DNA of 64,000 nt from Podarcis bocagei (taxonomy: Eukaryota): the NCBI GenBank assembly GCA_964188305.1, contig OZ076901.1; one strand, given 5' to 3'. Shown one piece after another: positions 46,701 through 59,059 of the stretch (positions are counted from its first letter, which is position 1; each line of letters starts with the position of its first letter). Below the pieces are notes generated by a model that saw only the letters and a program-made list of their open reading frames with translations, made no database searches and was not told where the DNA came from. Made by a program: the position numbers and the translations under genes.

Positions 46701-49700
46701 GCCATGTTGGTCTGATGCAGTCAATATATATATATATATAAACTAAAAAAAAGGCTCCAGTAGCACCTTAGAGACCAAATAAGTTTGTTCTTGGTATAAG
46801 CTTTCGTGTGCATTCACACTTCTTCAGATACACACATACAGTGGTACCTTGGGTTAGATACGCTTCAGGTTACATACGCTTCAGGTTACAGACTCCGCTA
46901 ACCCAGAAATAGTACCTCAGGTTAAGAACTTTGCTTCAGGATGAGAACAGAAATCGTGCGGTGCTGGCACGGCAGCAGCGGGAGGCCCCATTAGCTAAAG
47001 TGGTGCTTCAGGTTAAGAACAGTTTCAGGTTAAGAACGGACCTCCGGAACGAATTAAGTACGTAACCAGAGGTACCACTGTAGTAGTTGTCTGTTATGGA
47101 TAAAAATAGAAACTATGTTCAACCTTCCTAACTGAAACTGATTTACTCTCCTCTAACTTTTAACTTTTTCAGTGAAATTTTCAGGTTACCTGGAACACAT
47201 GGACAGACCCTTTGACACAAACTGCTACAGAAGGAATCATAGACTCATGAAACTTGGTGAAGGTAAGCTCAGAATGACCATGTGTTCCTAAGAGATAATA
47301 AAATAGTGTGTGTGCACTAGCACTTAAATATAAAAACTGGACTTGTTAGGTGCATTCATGCCTAGTTTCTATGATAGTAAGCAAACTATTTGGGATCCTT
47401 TAAGAGGGAGGCCAGGATAGCTCTCCAAATTTCATGTATCCAAAGATTTGATTTTTCTGGGGGCCTGAGTTGGGGCCAAATTGTCCTGGGTCAGGCCCAA
47501 TCTGAATTGCACCTTGGATCAATGAGGATGTCTTCCACTATAATTAATACTGCAGTGCATACATTTGAGAAATAAACCTTGCTCTTTTTTGCTTTCCCAG
47601 ACATCACTCTTGGAGGAATGGAGATTGGTCTGCTGACAATGAAGAAAGGAGAGCTGGCAAGATTTTTGTTCAAGCCAAGATACGCTTTTGGAGCTGCGGG
47701 CTGCCCTCCTTTGATCCCTCCCAATGCCACAGTCTTGTTTGAGATTGAGCTTCTGGACTTTCTGGACTCAGCAGAATCTGATGAGTTCTTTAATCTGACT
47801 CCTGTAAGTTTGCTAGTTTTTCTTTAGTTTTATTAAGAGACTTCTGTATCACTCTTCACCAAAGATGGTTACCGAGCAGTTTTTAAAAGATACTATAAAG
47901 CACCATACAACTCACTGGTGATTAGAAAGACAAAGGCCAGAATGGGGAGTGAGCTAGAAGCTTGGCTCCAAGCTAGGAGATCTATGCCTGCTTTCTATTT
48001 GAATCGAAGGCTGTGACTGAGAGAAGCAAAACTTCAAGGGTGTTATTGCTGTGAACCCCTCCATTGTAGGCTCAGATTGTATATATGTATAAATAAACCA
48101 TATATCATACAGACACCACATTCTCAGCTGTCCATTCTGAAGAAATCTGGAATCCCTGGAATATTGCAGCACTCAGAGATTCGGACGGTGTGCAACATTG
48201 GGGTGGCATGCAGCAATACTAACCTCCATGACCAGATTGTGGCTTCTCTTCACAGGAGCAACAGGCCCAGTTTCCACTGCAGAAAGTGCTGAAGGTGGCT
48301 GAAACCGAGCGGGAATTTGGCAATTACCTCTTCCGACAGAAGCACTTCATGGATGCCAGAGAAAGATACAAACGGGTAAGTAAAGCAAATGAGAAGGGTG
48401 GGGGCAAGTGAGTCACAAGTAATGCAAAAGGGAAATTTAATTTGGGCCTTTTGCAATTACAGTGGTACCTCAGGTTAAGTACTTAATTCGTTCCGGAGGC
48501 CATACTTAACCTGAAACTGTTCTTAACCTGAAGCACCATTTTAGCTAATGGGGCCTCCTGCTGCTGCCGCGCCGCCGGAGCACGATTTCTGTTCTCATCC
48601 TGAAGCAAAGCTCTTAACCTGAAGCACTATTTCTGGGTTAGCGGAGTCTGTAACCTGAAGTGTATGTAACCTGAAGCGTATGTAACCCGAGGTACCACTG
48701 TATTTTCCATTCCCCATCATGCTAGTATTTGTACCTTGGTAGTCCTTTCTGGTCAAGCAAAGGGCAGGGCTGGTCTCCAGAAGTCAGAGAACTTCTTTAG
48801 GTCAGCCTTCACCAGTCTGGTACCCTCCAGAGCTTTTGGGCTACAGCTCCCATCAGCCCTGCCCAGCACACTTAACTTTGCATATTATACTTATTTACTC
48901 GCTCCTTCACCCTGCTTCCTTTGTTAGCTGCCCAAGACAGAGTGTGCTGACTGGGCTGATGGGAGTTGTAGCTCAAAACATGTGGAGGACTGCCAGATTC
49001 ATGAAGTCTGCTGTAATGTGTTGCCCCCAAAGTGTGAGATGGGAATTGATCACCTCCTGGAATTATTTTGAAATATAAAATGAGAAAGGAGTGGGTGATC
49101 TGATGGAAGAGAATGTTTAGTTGAACAGTTTAAAAGCACTATATTGTCACTTAACCACCTTAATTGTTCATTGTAATCTTATTTCATGCTTTCCCATCAG
49201 AGTTGCTTTAGATTCCTAAAGTGAAAAAATACAGTTTTGCCCATATTTTTTTCAAAATCTACAATGTAAATATGTAACTGGCTCTCAAATGAGAGAATAT
49301 TTTTGCTTGATAGTGTTTTTCTTATGTGGAAATGTTTGTCTCCTAAGTCAATATCCACACAGCCCAGTGTGTATAACAATCAATATAAGTTTTATGTAAG
49401 ACTATAAAATGACAGCACTTGTTTGCGATCCCTGATTAGGCCTCTTCACTGCTGCACCGTGTGAATGCTGAAGAAGCTGAGCAAGTCAAAGTTGATGCTG
49501 CCAAGATTCTGGTCTTCCTGAACTTGTCTTTTACTTACCTGAAACTGGAGCAGCCAGCTCGGGCCCTTGCCTACGGAGAGAAGGCCTTGAAGCTGGATGA
49601 GAAGAATGCCAAAGCCCTCTTCAGGTGTGCTCAGGTGAGGAGGAGGAGGAGCAGCTGTGGACTTAGTCTTCCAAGTTTCAAATGCCTGATGGGGAGGTGT

Positions 49701-52430
49701 GGGCAATAAAAATAATGGACCTGAACCTGGAAGAAACCCCAGAGGCCACTTAGTCTAATGCAGGAGATGCAGTGTTCCCACTGCAGGTGTCCATCTAGCC
49801 TCTGCAAGCACTTTCTGCGGCAAAATCTTTTCTACTTTCAAACACTTCTGCAACTCCTTCCCATGAACATTTTGTTTATCATTGCCAGGCTGAGCACAGT
49901 ATCCCTTGCAGGATAAGACTGAGGCACACCTCCCACTCAAAACTCTACTTGAGCTCCCTTCTGCATGCATCATTCTATCTATGGGATGGCAGCCAGGATT
50001 TATTTAGGGCGGTCAGTTCAACAAGTTTAAAGTTTCCAGGTGCACATCTGACCATGCGCAGCTTTTCCTTTCCTGGGCTTTCTGTACATTGCTAGTACTG
50101 GTGAGTTTTCTCTTTGCCAGTTGTTAACTTTGTGGCCATGCTGAGATTTCCACCCCCCTGAGGAACAGCATACCAAATTAAACAATAATGATGATTCTTT
50201 TGTCTACTAGGCATGTTTCTCTCTGGCAGAGTATGAGAGAGCTCGAGATTTTTTGGTGAAAGCTCAGAAACAGCAGCCCTTCAACCATTGCATTAACAAT
50301 GAATTGAAGAAGCTGGCCAGGTGAGGGAGCTATTTCTTTACTGAAGTTAGGATAATCAGTTAGCTGTGAACTGCTTTCTCTGTATATAATTGTCCAGATT
50401 TATTTCTTGTGGTGTTGAAGCCTCTGTACTCTTATGTTTAAACTGTCTAGCAGACTGAGTAAGTGGGAGCACGGGAAGCTTTTAGGGGTATTGAATCCCA
50501 AACTCTGTAAACTGGTCAATGTCCTTGCAGTGGGGCAAGCGTCAGGTGCATGGGTACCACCCCCTTTCCACCTTTGGGAGCATCCTTGGGAGTTCTGTTT
50601 AATCCAGAAAAAAATGTGTGGTTATCAGAACCATGGCAGTGCTGTATGTAGAGTGTGAGGGAATAGAGTTCTCCTTCCATGGCAGTACTGGGAAGGGATA
50701 ACAAGGCAATTCCCTGGCTCTCCTTGAATGAATGCCTTATGGAGGCAACTAGCCTTTGTGGCTTTGCCTTGCCTGTCCTTTGACAGGCAGCCTTTCCCTG
50801 TTCTGTTAGGAGAGGTTTAGGCCATGTTTATCCTTCACTTAAGATGGCTTTCTTCATCGGCAAAAGACTGGCAAAACCTCTGCTTGCTGAGGCCACCTGT
50901 TCCTCTACTCCCTCATTTGTGTGCTTCCTTTCCCTGGACTGGGAAGTGTACAGGCCATGAGGGGGAATTCCTTGGTCCTCAAAAGCTGCCCCTCTGAAAC
51001 ATGCTTGGAAATAGAGCACCAGCAGATCTGTGAGCCTTGCTTTTCCTGAACACATGGATTTTTGGCAGTGTTTTAGTAAGAACAGCTCTGGCTTCCATAC
51101 TTGGCAGGTGTTCTGCATAGGTATAAACACAACTGAAAAGTATTGTGGGATTTCATGCATAAAGCAAGATCTCTCAGCTGCTGAGCTGCTCTGTTCATGA
51201 ATAACTATAACTTAAGTTTAATCATATTGGCCATGTTCTACAGTTGAGACTAAATGCTGGGTTTGACTTTTGTTTGGCGAAGCCTTTGTTTCAGACATCA
51301 CCAAAGCTGTGTACACGGTGAGCTATGCTGAAGGAGATGGGGGTTTTGAGCATTGAAACAAGGGCAAAAAGTGGCCAGATGCAGCTGCTGTGCTTGTGCT
51401 GGAACAGTTTGCCTCCTATTTCTGAGGAAGCACTCGAGTTCTGGGCAGGCTTAATTTCAAGACCTTGTTGTTTTTTAAACTCGGCTGGTGGACACCCTGT
51501 GATCATACAGTTTGCCCTGTTTTGCAGCTGTTACAGAAATTACATGCTGAAGGAGAAGGAAATGTGCTGCAGGATGTTTGGCCCCCTCAACTCTCCTTCA
51601 GCAGGAGAAAACCTGAAGGTAACAGGCTCTGAGCCTCTTCTGTTTCTCAGTTTCATCTTGGTGCTAAGCTCCCTCCTTGTGTTGTCTGAAGATTGTAGCA
51701 GGAGCATGTATGAACAGCAAGGCATTTAGTGGTAGGCAGGTGCCAAGGGAGTTGTCCTCTGAGACAACTGCACTCTGGAACTTGCTCTAGATTTTTGTAG
51801 GGCTTATGAGGCAGGACATGTCCTCTGCTACTCTCTCGCTTTTTTCACCCCTTGGATGTTGAGCAGAAATATGACTCTGTTGCCATGCACTGTATCTACC
51901 TCATCTTCCTACTACTTCCATAGTCCTTAACCACCCTGCCCAACTTTAGGGCAGCTGTTGCCAGCCTGCGGCCATCCAAAGATTTTGCACTACAACTCCC
52001 ATCACCTCCAGCATCATACAGTCATGTTTGCTGATGCTTATGAGGTTTGTAGTCCAAAGCATCAGGGACGGCACCAGGTTGTTGAGGCTATTTTATGGTA
52101 CTGTTCTTGGTAGATCTTGATAACGTCTTGGGCAGCTGCCTGTTCCTGCTAGATACAAATGCCAGTTCTCATGGTTCATTATAGCAGAATTCCACTGTAA
52201 ACAGGATACATGGTTGGCTAGTCCCCTCACCCTGCCCTGAAATGAGAATGTCTGTAAGTGGATGGTAACTTAAGTAATAGCTCTGCCTCCCTGACCTTTC
52301 TTCCTAGAACTATTGCAAACTGCTTCTCAGCTCCACTGCAAAAATACCCAACAGCTTCAAAATCAGCTTGCTGCATTGCGTGTGCTGTTCAAGAAACACA
52401 AGCACAGAGTCCTTTGCACTCTTAAAATGA
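43663..52430 (+). CDS. FKBP6: FKBP prolyl isomerase family member 6 (inactive PPIase + TPR; meiosis/piRNA cofactor). Exons 43663-43734, 45142-45259, 47173-47262, 47601-47803, 48256-48375, 49440-49634, 50211-50320, 51528-51618, 52308-52430 (last exon tentative).
   Basis: [87 protein letters not shown] repeats ([13 protein letters not shown]; [10 protein letters not shown]; [10 protein letters not shown]; [20 protein letters not shown]), then [17 protein letters not shown]. Phases consistent. The C-terminus depends on a possible 1-nt indel at 51608-51611. Confidence 0.93.
44830..45003 (-). mobile_element. Squam3-like SINE in FKBP6 intron 1
   Basis: AGGAAGTTGCCTTGTACTGAGTCAG...GGGATTGAAC.TGGGA...AAAGCAGG..CTCTGCCACTGAGC. 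Confidence 0.6.
45928..46226 (-). mobile_element. RTE-BovB 3' fragment in FKBP6 intron 2 with a 14-bp target-site duplication
   Basis: Highly similar to 2482-2780. Flanked by GGTTTCCATTTAAT at 45914-45927 and 46227-46240. Confidence 0.92.
46686..46836 (-). mobile_element. Penelope-like fragment, antisense in FKBP6 intron 2, with hammerhead motif
   Basis: Reverse complement of the 7161 family. Duplication TAGTAGTTGTCT at 46674-46685 and 47081-47092 encloses it together with MITE copy 2. Confidence 0.75.
46839..47080 (-). mobile_element. Tc1/mariner (Tigger-like) MITE, copy 2, inverted relative to copies 1 and 3
   Basis: Same TIRs and TA TSD; reverse complement of 48460-48700. Confidence 0.9.
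48460..48700 (+). mobile_element. Tc1/mariner (Tigger-like) MITE, copy 3
   Basis: TA|CAGTGGTACCTC...GAGGTACCACTG|TA. Confidence 0.9.
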
Positions 52431-55088
52431 GCTAGTCTTTTGAATCCTTGCCAGTGATGGCATGAACCCCTTTTAAAGACTGTAACATCGTGTAAATTTA
52501 CCTATCAGTAGCAGCCCTTATATTGTGCCACTCAACAATGCAGGATAAAATGTGACTTTCATTTATCAACAACCAGCTCTGAAAATACAGTGATTTAGAT
52601 AATGGTATTACAACAAAAAGCATCTGCATTTTTCACTGTCATTCCAGATTACATGGTTGGCTACCCTAGGTGAACAGAGCCTGCTTTCTGTTTTAGTCAC
52701 TGTTTTAGCAGGTGATAGGATAAGTGTTCAACGTTCATATTTGGTTGTTAAAAGCAGCTAGAGCAAAACCTGAACAACTTTATTATGAACAGGTGGGTTG
52801 GGGTTGCAGAATGATGGAATTCACTTTAAAACATGTATGCGTGTGATCTTAGAATGGGTTGGTAAGGATAAGATTATTTCAATTTGGAACGTGGTTGCTA
52901 GTGTAATTAGGTTAATTGTTCATGCAGATTTGTTGGCGAAAGCAGGAAATGTTTTTTTCAGCAGAATGTCCTAGTAGCTGCCTGCTGTTCTGGTACCTGC
53001 AGGAGCATCCTTTCTTTGAAGCTGATCCAGCCCATCTTATCTGTGCAGCCCCTCGAGCCTCTTTTTTGATTGTGTAGCCACTGGGTGGGAATGAAAGAGA
53101 CAAGACGATCAAATGCTACTCAGAATGGCTAAAGGGTTTCAGCTTGCCTACTTCTCTCTCTTTAATTAGCTCAGTGTAAAGACTTCTTTAGACATGGTGT
53201 ATTCAAAGAGGATGACAGAAGATTCTTGGCTGAACTCTTGTTTGCTTCTGAATGGGATTTCTTTGTGACTTCTGGGTGGTGTCAAGAGGAGGTGTGAAGC
53301 TGGCTGGGTGTTACATGATGGCACTTCAGTCACTTGCTATAGCAAGGTTCCTAAATGCTACACAATCTGTTTCTTTATGCACACCCACAGGCAGCAACAC
53401 ACTTGGCTTGCCAAACAGAGAATTGTAGGTTGCTGTGCCAACCAGGAACCCAACGGACAAGAGCCAAATCAAGTAACTGAGGCTCTGGACCAATCTAGGT
53501 GTTACTTGCTACCACCTGCAAATGCACCCCAACATCCCTTTTTTAGGCTGCAAAGCAGTTGGGGGGGGGGAGGTTGACTGAGAATGGAGGAGCAGTGATT
53601 GGAGAAGGGGGAAGCTATGCCTTTCCCCCATGGAGTTTCAGATATATATATATGTAGGTCGGTCCATACTAATATGAAAGCTATTGAAAGAGAGGAGTGG
53701 AAATACAGGGAGCTGAAAATGGTGGACTCTACTGAGCAAAGGAAAATGTGTTAACAGTGGCCCTTTGTGGTATGTATTAGGTGTAGATTTGGGGTATGGT
53801 ACTTGTTTGTAGCTCATTGGGTGTGAAGGTTTAAAGGTTAACCCTTGGTTTCCTATCTCAAAATTAGTACCTGTTTTAAGATTTCTGACCATTCTAGCCA
53901 TTACATTTCAATGATACAAGGGCTTGGGCCCTTTATAGCTCACTATCAATATAGGTCACTGTGTTATAATTGCTGTCATTTTTTAAAAGCGACCATGTCC
54001 TGACAAACTGAAATGCGTGGGTTTTTTTGAGTCATAATATGCTGGTCATTTCAGAATCCATCTATGCAGAAGGAAGAAACTTTTCTATAATGGGAAGGGA
54101 TCCCACTTCAGTACAGCCAACAACTGCCTTCTTGTTTTTGAAAATCCATATGGAAAAGACCTTCCTCATTCTGAGTACTTGGAGCTGAGAAGATTATATG
54201 GTTGTTTAATATATAAAAGCACAATTTGTATGTATACTTTGTTAGTGGCATTCTACTAAGTCAAGCCTACTAAGAGACTTCTTTTGAAAAGAAGGTATTT
54301 GCTCAGCATTCTCTCATTGTTTTGAAGGAACTCCTTTCTCTTGTTAGCCAGACACAGGTAACAGATTACTCTGATTGGATACAAATCAGTTTTCCTTAAC
54401 TTCCCTCATTGCCCTGGACTCAGGCTGGTGAAAGTAGGCGGCCATGGTTTTTGCTTATCTGAGAAGATGGTTAGAAATGTTGTTTTCCTAGTTGTAGAAA
54501 ATAAAACCAGTTTCTGAGCTGAAAATGTCAGCATGGCCGGTGTCCATTCATTGTGGATGATGAGTGTCTGTAGATGGAAGCCACTGTCCCCCATTTGCCT
54601 TGGTAGTGCGACCAATTTGGGTGTTGCTGCCTAGCAAGGCATCATCATCGCATTTCTGTATATGATTCTTAATGTTGATGCTCTGACTGATGTCCTGCCA
54701 GACGAAACCTATCTATCCTGTGTCTGTGGATTTGAGAACCTGTTTGGAGGATATGCCTGGCTCGCTCAGGCGAAATGGAGGGCAATAGAACACCCTCTCT
54801 TCACCGCAGAAAAGAAGCTTATTGTAAGATTGATGTTTCCTTGGTGCAGAATTTGGATTACCTGATTGCGAATTTACTGTTTGGGGCATTGTATTCAAAT
54901 CCCTGCTAAATAACTCACTATGCCAGGTGCTTTTTTTTGTCACGATGTTACATTCCTGCACTTTACTAGATATAATAAACTTTCCTTGCATGTATCACTG
55001 TGTGTGCAAGCTGAGCGAACAGATCCCTCTTCGTGCCGTGGTGGTGAGTGGGTTGCAGCCATCCTGTGGCTCTGAAGAACTGTATAAA

Positions 55089-55102
55089 CCAGCAGGTGGC
55101 GG
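55089..55102 (+). promoter_or_regulatory. CTCF core motif
   Basis: CCAGCAGGTGGCG matches CCASYAGRKGGCR exactly; binding is not shown. Confidence 0.5.
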
Positions 55103-55517
55103 CAGATCCTTTGATAACTTGCCTTAGCTATCAGTTTTATCTCTTTCCTCCACCTGCTTCATTTCAGTCAGGTTCTCTGTGCTCAAATCCAGGCACCCAT
55201 TTTCTTTAGGGCATATTGGTCAAAACTCCCTTAATTGGAATGAATTGTGCAGATTTGACATAACTGAATATGTCTACCTTGGTTTTCCTGCTTCAGGTTG
55301 ATTAGTTAATGGTATATTTTATTTTGAGGCACTGCGCTTTCATTTTGCACCATGTAGAATTTTAGGTCTGGGTGGTTTTGTAGCTCCACCAAGGACCTCA
55401 CTTCCTGCTCCTCCTCAGGGCTAAAAAGAAGCCAAAAGACCTCTCTTTCCCTATCTGAGCCAAACACACACACAACCTACAAGCTTTTCTCATCTAACTC
55501 CACCACTGTCAGCTCTA

Positions 55518-55656
55518 TTTTTTTTTTTATAAAATTTTTTATTGCGTTTCTTTCCATAGGTTGACAGATTTGTTTACATAACAACATGCAAGAAACATTT
55601 TTTTTTATATATGAGGAAAAATAAAAAAAAGAAGAAAAAGTTAAGTAACTTTCATA
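55518..55656 (-). mobile_element. Short polyadenylated retro-insertion (LINE 3' end or retrocopy remnant) with 13-bp TSD
   Basis: TSD ACTGTCAGCTCTA at 55505-55517 and 55657-55669. Poly(T) at the left end; TTTATT (minus-strand AATAAA) at ~55538. Confidence 0.75.
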
Positions 55657-58600
55657 ACTGTCAGCTCTAAAAAAGGTTCGAGGTTGTCTTAAATAACTCT
55701 GTCCATTTCCTTCTTTCTGCTTGTAATAATCTCCCAGAGCACCTCAGTGATGTGTTCTCCTCTTGCTGCAATTTATCGAACTCAGAACTTGCCTCCTTTT
55801 ATTTTTGAAAGGTCTTGTCTTAGTTCTTTAAGTCCTCAGACTACTTGAGGTCACATAGGCCACACACACACCATGTTGAACTTCTGGTGCTTACTGGATT
55901 CTTCTTCTAAAAACTCCAGCAGACTTTTAAATTGAATTCTGATTTTACAGTTTTAACTGCTTTCTAGCCCTTATTGTGTTGGGTCTTTTGTGCAACACTT
56001 AGAAATAGCTGTCATTAAACAGCATACAAATTGTTGGAAGTAAATGGGAAATAAATAAATAAAACCGAAATACGTCACTGCATTTATGCATAATTTCCAT
56101 TTCCCTCTCATTTGGCTGCCTCTTTATTTTATACTATCTGCCCTGTACTGTGTCACTATTGATGCTGCATTAAAAAACAAGTTGGCAGCCTAGCATCCCT
56201 GCCTCCACCCTATGGCAGGACTTAACAGAGATCAGCCACCCTGCTTACAACCTTGTAACTCCTACAGTCCTGTTAACTTTTTTAGCTATCCAGCATCTAA
56301 GAGGAAGCCCTGTGTATCAGGCCATCCAGTCCACAAGCAGTGGATAAAAGCTGTCCCTCAGCAACTGGTGTGTGTGTGTGTGTGTCCTTTAGCCAGTAAG
56401 ACTTAAGGCCATTAACAGGCTTGCATGGCAGTCTGCCCTGCCTCTCTTTCCTCCATCCGCAGTATGGGGGATGTTTATTCCTAACTTTAAAGGCTGATTG
56501 TGAGGATTAAAACTAGATGCCTGCGAGAACTTTGAGGATTGGAAGGTGCTGTCTGTGTAAATGTTAAGTACAACTAATTTACTAGATCTCGTCTTCCTCC
56601 TCTTCCATGAATTTGTCCGATTCAGTTTCAGAAGCACCAACGGCCATCAAGACCACCACTACATTTTGTGGCGGGGTAACATTTCATGTTTGTCAAGGTA
56701 GCCTGTCGTCCAGGGAAGCTTATACCATAATAATAATTATCCCTAAAATTATAAAGGTCGGTCTTTAAGATGCTTTGTTTCTGCTGCAACAGAGTTGCAC
56801 TCTGGAAATTACTCATTCTGAGCCAAGTTGAACCATACAGGGGAAGGGATTAAGCAGAATACGTCAGTGGCCCAATTTAACACAGGGAGGGAGAGAGTTC
56901 TTTCCTCACCCCAAACCAGAGTCCCCGCATTGAGGTGTCATTCTTCCGAATGGATCTTTCAAATCCATCTTCCACGCTTACTGTTCCCCACCACCACCCC
57001 ACCACCCCGAGCAGAATTGCATGGGTGCCTTTTCACAGCAAGGACTTCTCATCCTGCCTGACTGACAGCCTGTAGCAAAGGCGAATTAAGAAGTGCGGAG
57101 CAGGGCAACCTCCTCTTTATGGTTCCACTGCCATGTCTGGAGCTCAAAGCAGAGTCTGCTTGCTCTGTGGCGCCAGCAGAAGTGCGGCTCTGAAGCCTAT
57201 GGCTGGCACCTTCAGCCTTCCTGAGTTGTTATTATTTTTTATTTCCTGGTTGGGGAGAGGGGGAGAGTGAGAAGAGGGGAAGATGTTGGTTCAAATGTTC
57301 TCCTATGGCTGCCCCTGAGTTTATGTTGGCAGTGGCTGGGGAACGGAGCTGATTTAACTGGCAGTTGTTGTTTTGTGGCCAGGGCATTATGAAAAGGTTT
57401 TCTGTCTTTCCCCTCCAAGGTTAATGCTGAATGTTTTCCTTCTTAATATACTGTTCGCTTCATTATTAGCTGAAAGAGACTCTCTTTATATATTTTTTTT
57501 AAAAATTAACTTCTCCCATTCCCCCCCAATATATATATAGAGAGAGAGTCCCTTCATGCTGTTGCGTTCTGAGAGCCGGGAAGTCCTGTGGACAGGAAGT
57601 GAGAAACCTGATGGTTGGTGTGATTTATACAGAAATTCCTTTCTTCCCCAGTGAGCTGGAACAGTAGGCCGATGTGTCAGTTTGCGGCTGGCTGCCTGGC
57701 TGCAAGCGCCAACCATTGTTGCTCCTTTTGTCCTCCCGCCTCCATCTCCGGCAAGTGAGCCACTTCTGTTTAAAAGTGATGAATGAGGTGTTCTTCGAGC
57801 AGGGATTCAGGGGAGGCTCCTGAGGCAGCTTTACACCGCAGCGTCTTTCTTCCCTTTGCCAGCTTCAGGCCTTCCCTTGTTCTTCCTCAGATGGGATCCT
57901 TCTTTTGAGCAGCAGCAGCAGCAGCAGTACAATAGGTAGCTGCTGCTCCTGTTGCTGACTTAGCCCCCTTTGGGGGCACAGATTCCCCCCCCCTTCTCCG
58001 TTCTTGCTGATCATGCATGTCTCCAGGAAATCCCATGTGTGCTTCACCAAAATTACTCACCTACTTCATCTAGTTGGTGTTGAAGGCTTTCCCCTGCATC
58101 AGCAAAACTTAGGTGACACCAAATGTCCTGCAACCTTTTCTCATTAAAAAATTGTTCAAGAGAGAGAGATGGGGAAACTGACTTGTTTGCGGTATCTGTG
58201 GGGATTAGGTGGGGTGAAGCTCCATGGTGGAGCATATGTGTGCATATGAAAGATCCTGGTTTCAATTCCCTAATTGAAAAAAAAAATTGAAGTCCCTTAT
58301 CTAAGAAGACCTTGCAAGGGAGGTCCTTAAATTTACCCGAGAGGGTAGAGAGGAGAGGCTGAACTCAGCTTGGAAAGCTTATTTAAAGTGCATCAGCAGA
58401 GGGCTGATGAATGCATTTTAGTTTGTGGAAGTTGTAAGCATAATTCACAAATGCACATGTAGGCAGGAAGCGCTTGAGAAATGCATTCTCGGCACAAAAC
58501 AGATTAAAACTGTTTCAGCAGAATGTGCTTTGGATTGACAAATACAGTGGAACAGAGACAACATGGGGATGGCATTGTGTGTACAGCATCCCAAAAAGAT

Positions 58601-59059
58601 GCCTATCTGCAGCCTTGAATGCACATTATCACACAATGTATACTCACTCACAGTCTCTAGCCTCAAGGCTTATTGTCTAAAAAAGCATGACGCATAAGGA
58701 AAATGGGTTGGGGAGGGAGGAGGAAAATCCAAATCTGGGCACTGTTTCTTTAAATTAACAAAGTTATGGTAATGAGCAGCTAAAGCCAAAAGATTTCCAG
58801 GAGAGATGGTGCCAAAAGTTGCTGGTCTTTCCACAGCACTGATAGAGAGGCCCTGCAGTCCTCCTCCTCCTCTCCTGCAGCTCAGTGGAGAGGCTGCACC
58901 ACATACTCAAAACCCATGGTACACAAATGTATGCTGTAAAATGCAAAGTTTTAAATGAATCAAAATACACATTACAACATAGAAATGCTGGCATTAATGC
59001 TGTTAAAAGTTTCAGAAGAATGCCATAGATTCTGTGATCAAGGACTCACAGTTGCTGGA

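Noticed and set aside
54680-54730. CTGATG...GACGAAAC resembling a hammerhead core
   Set aside because: Lacks the complete CUGAnGA core, and no helix I or III can be formed.
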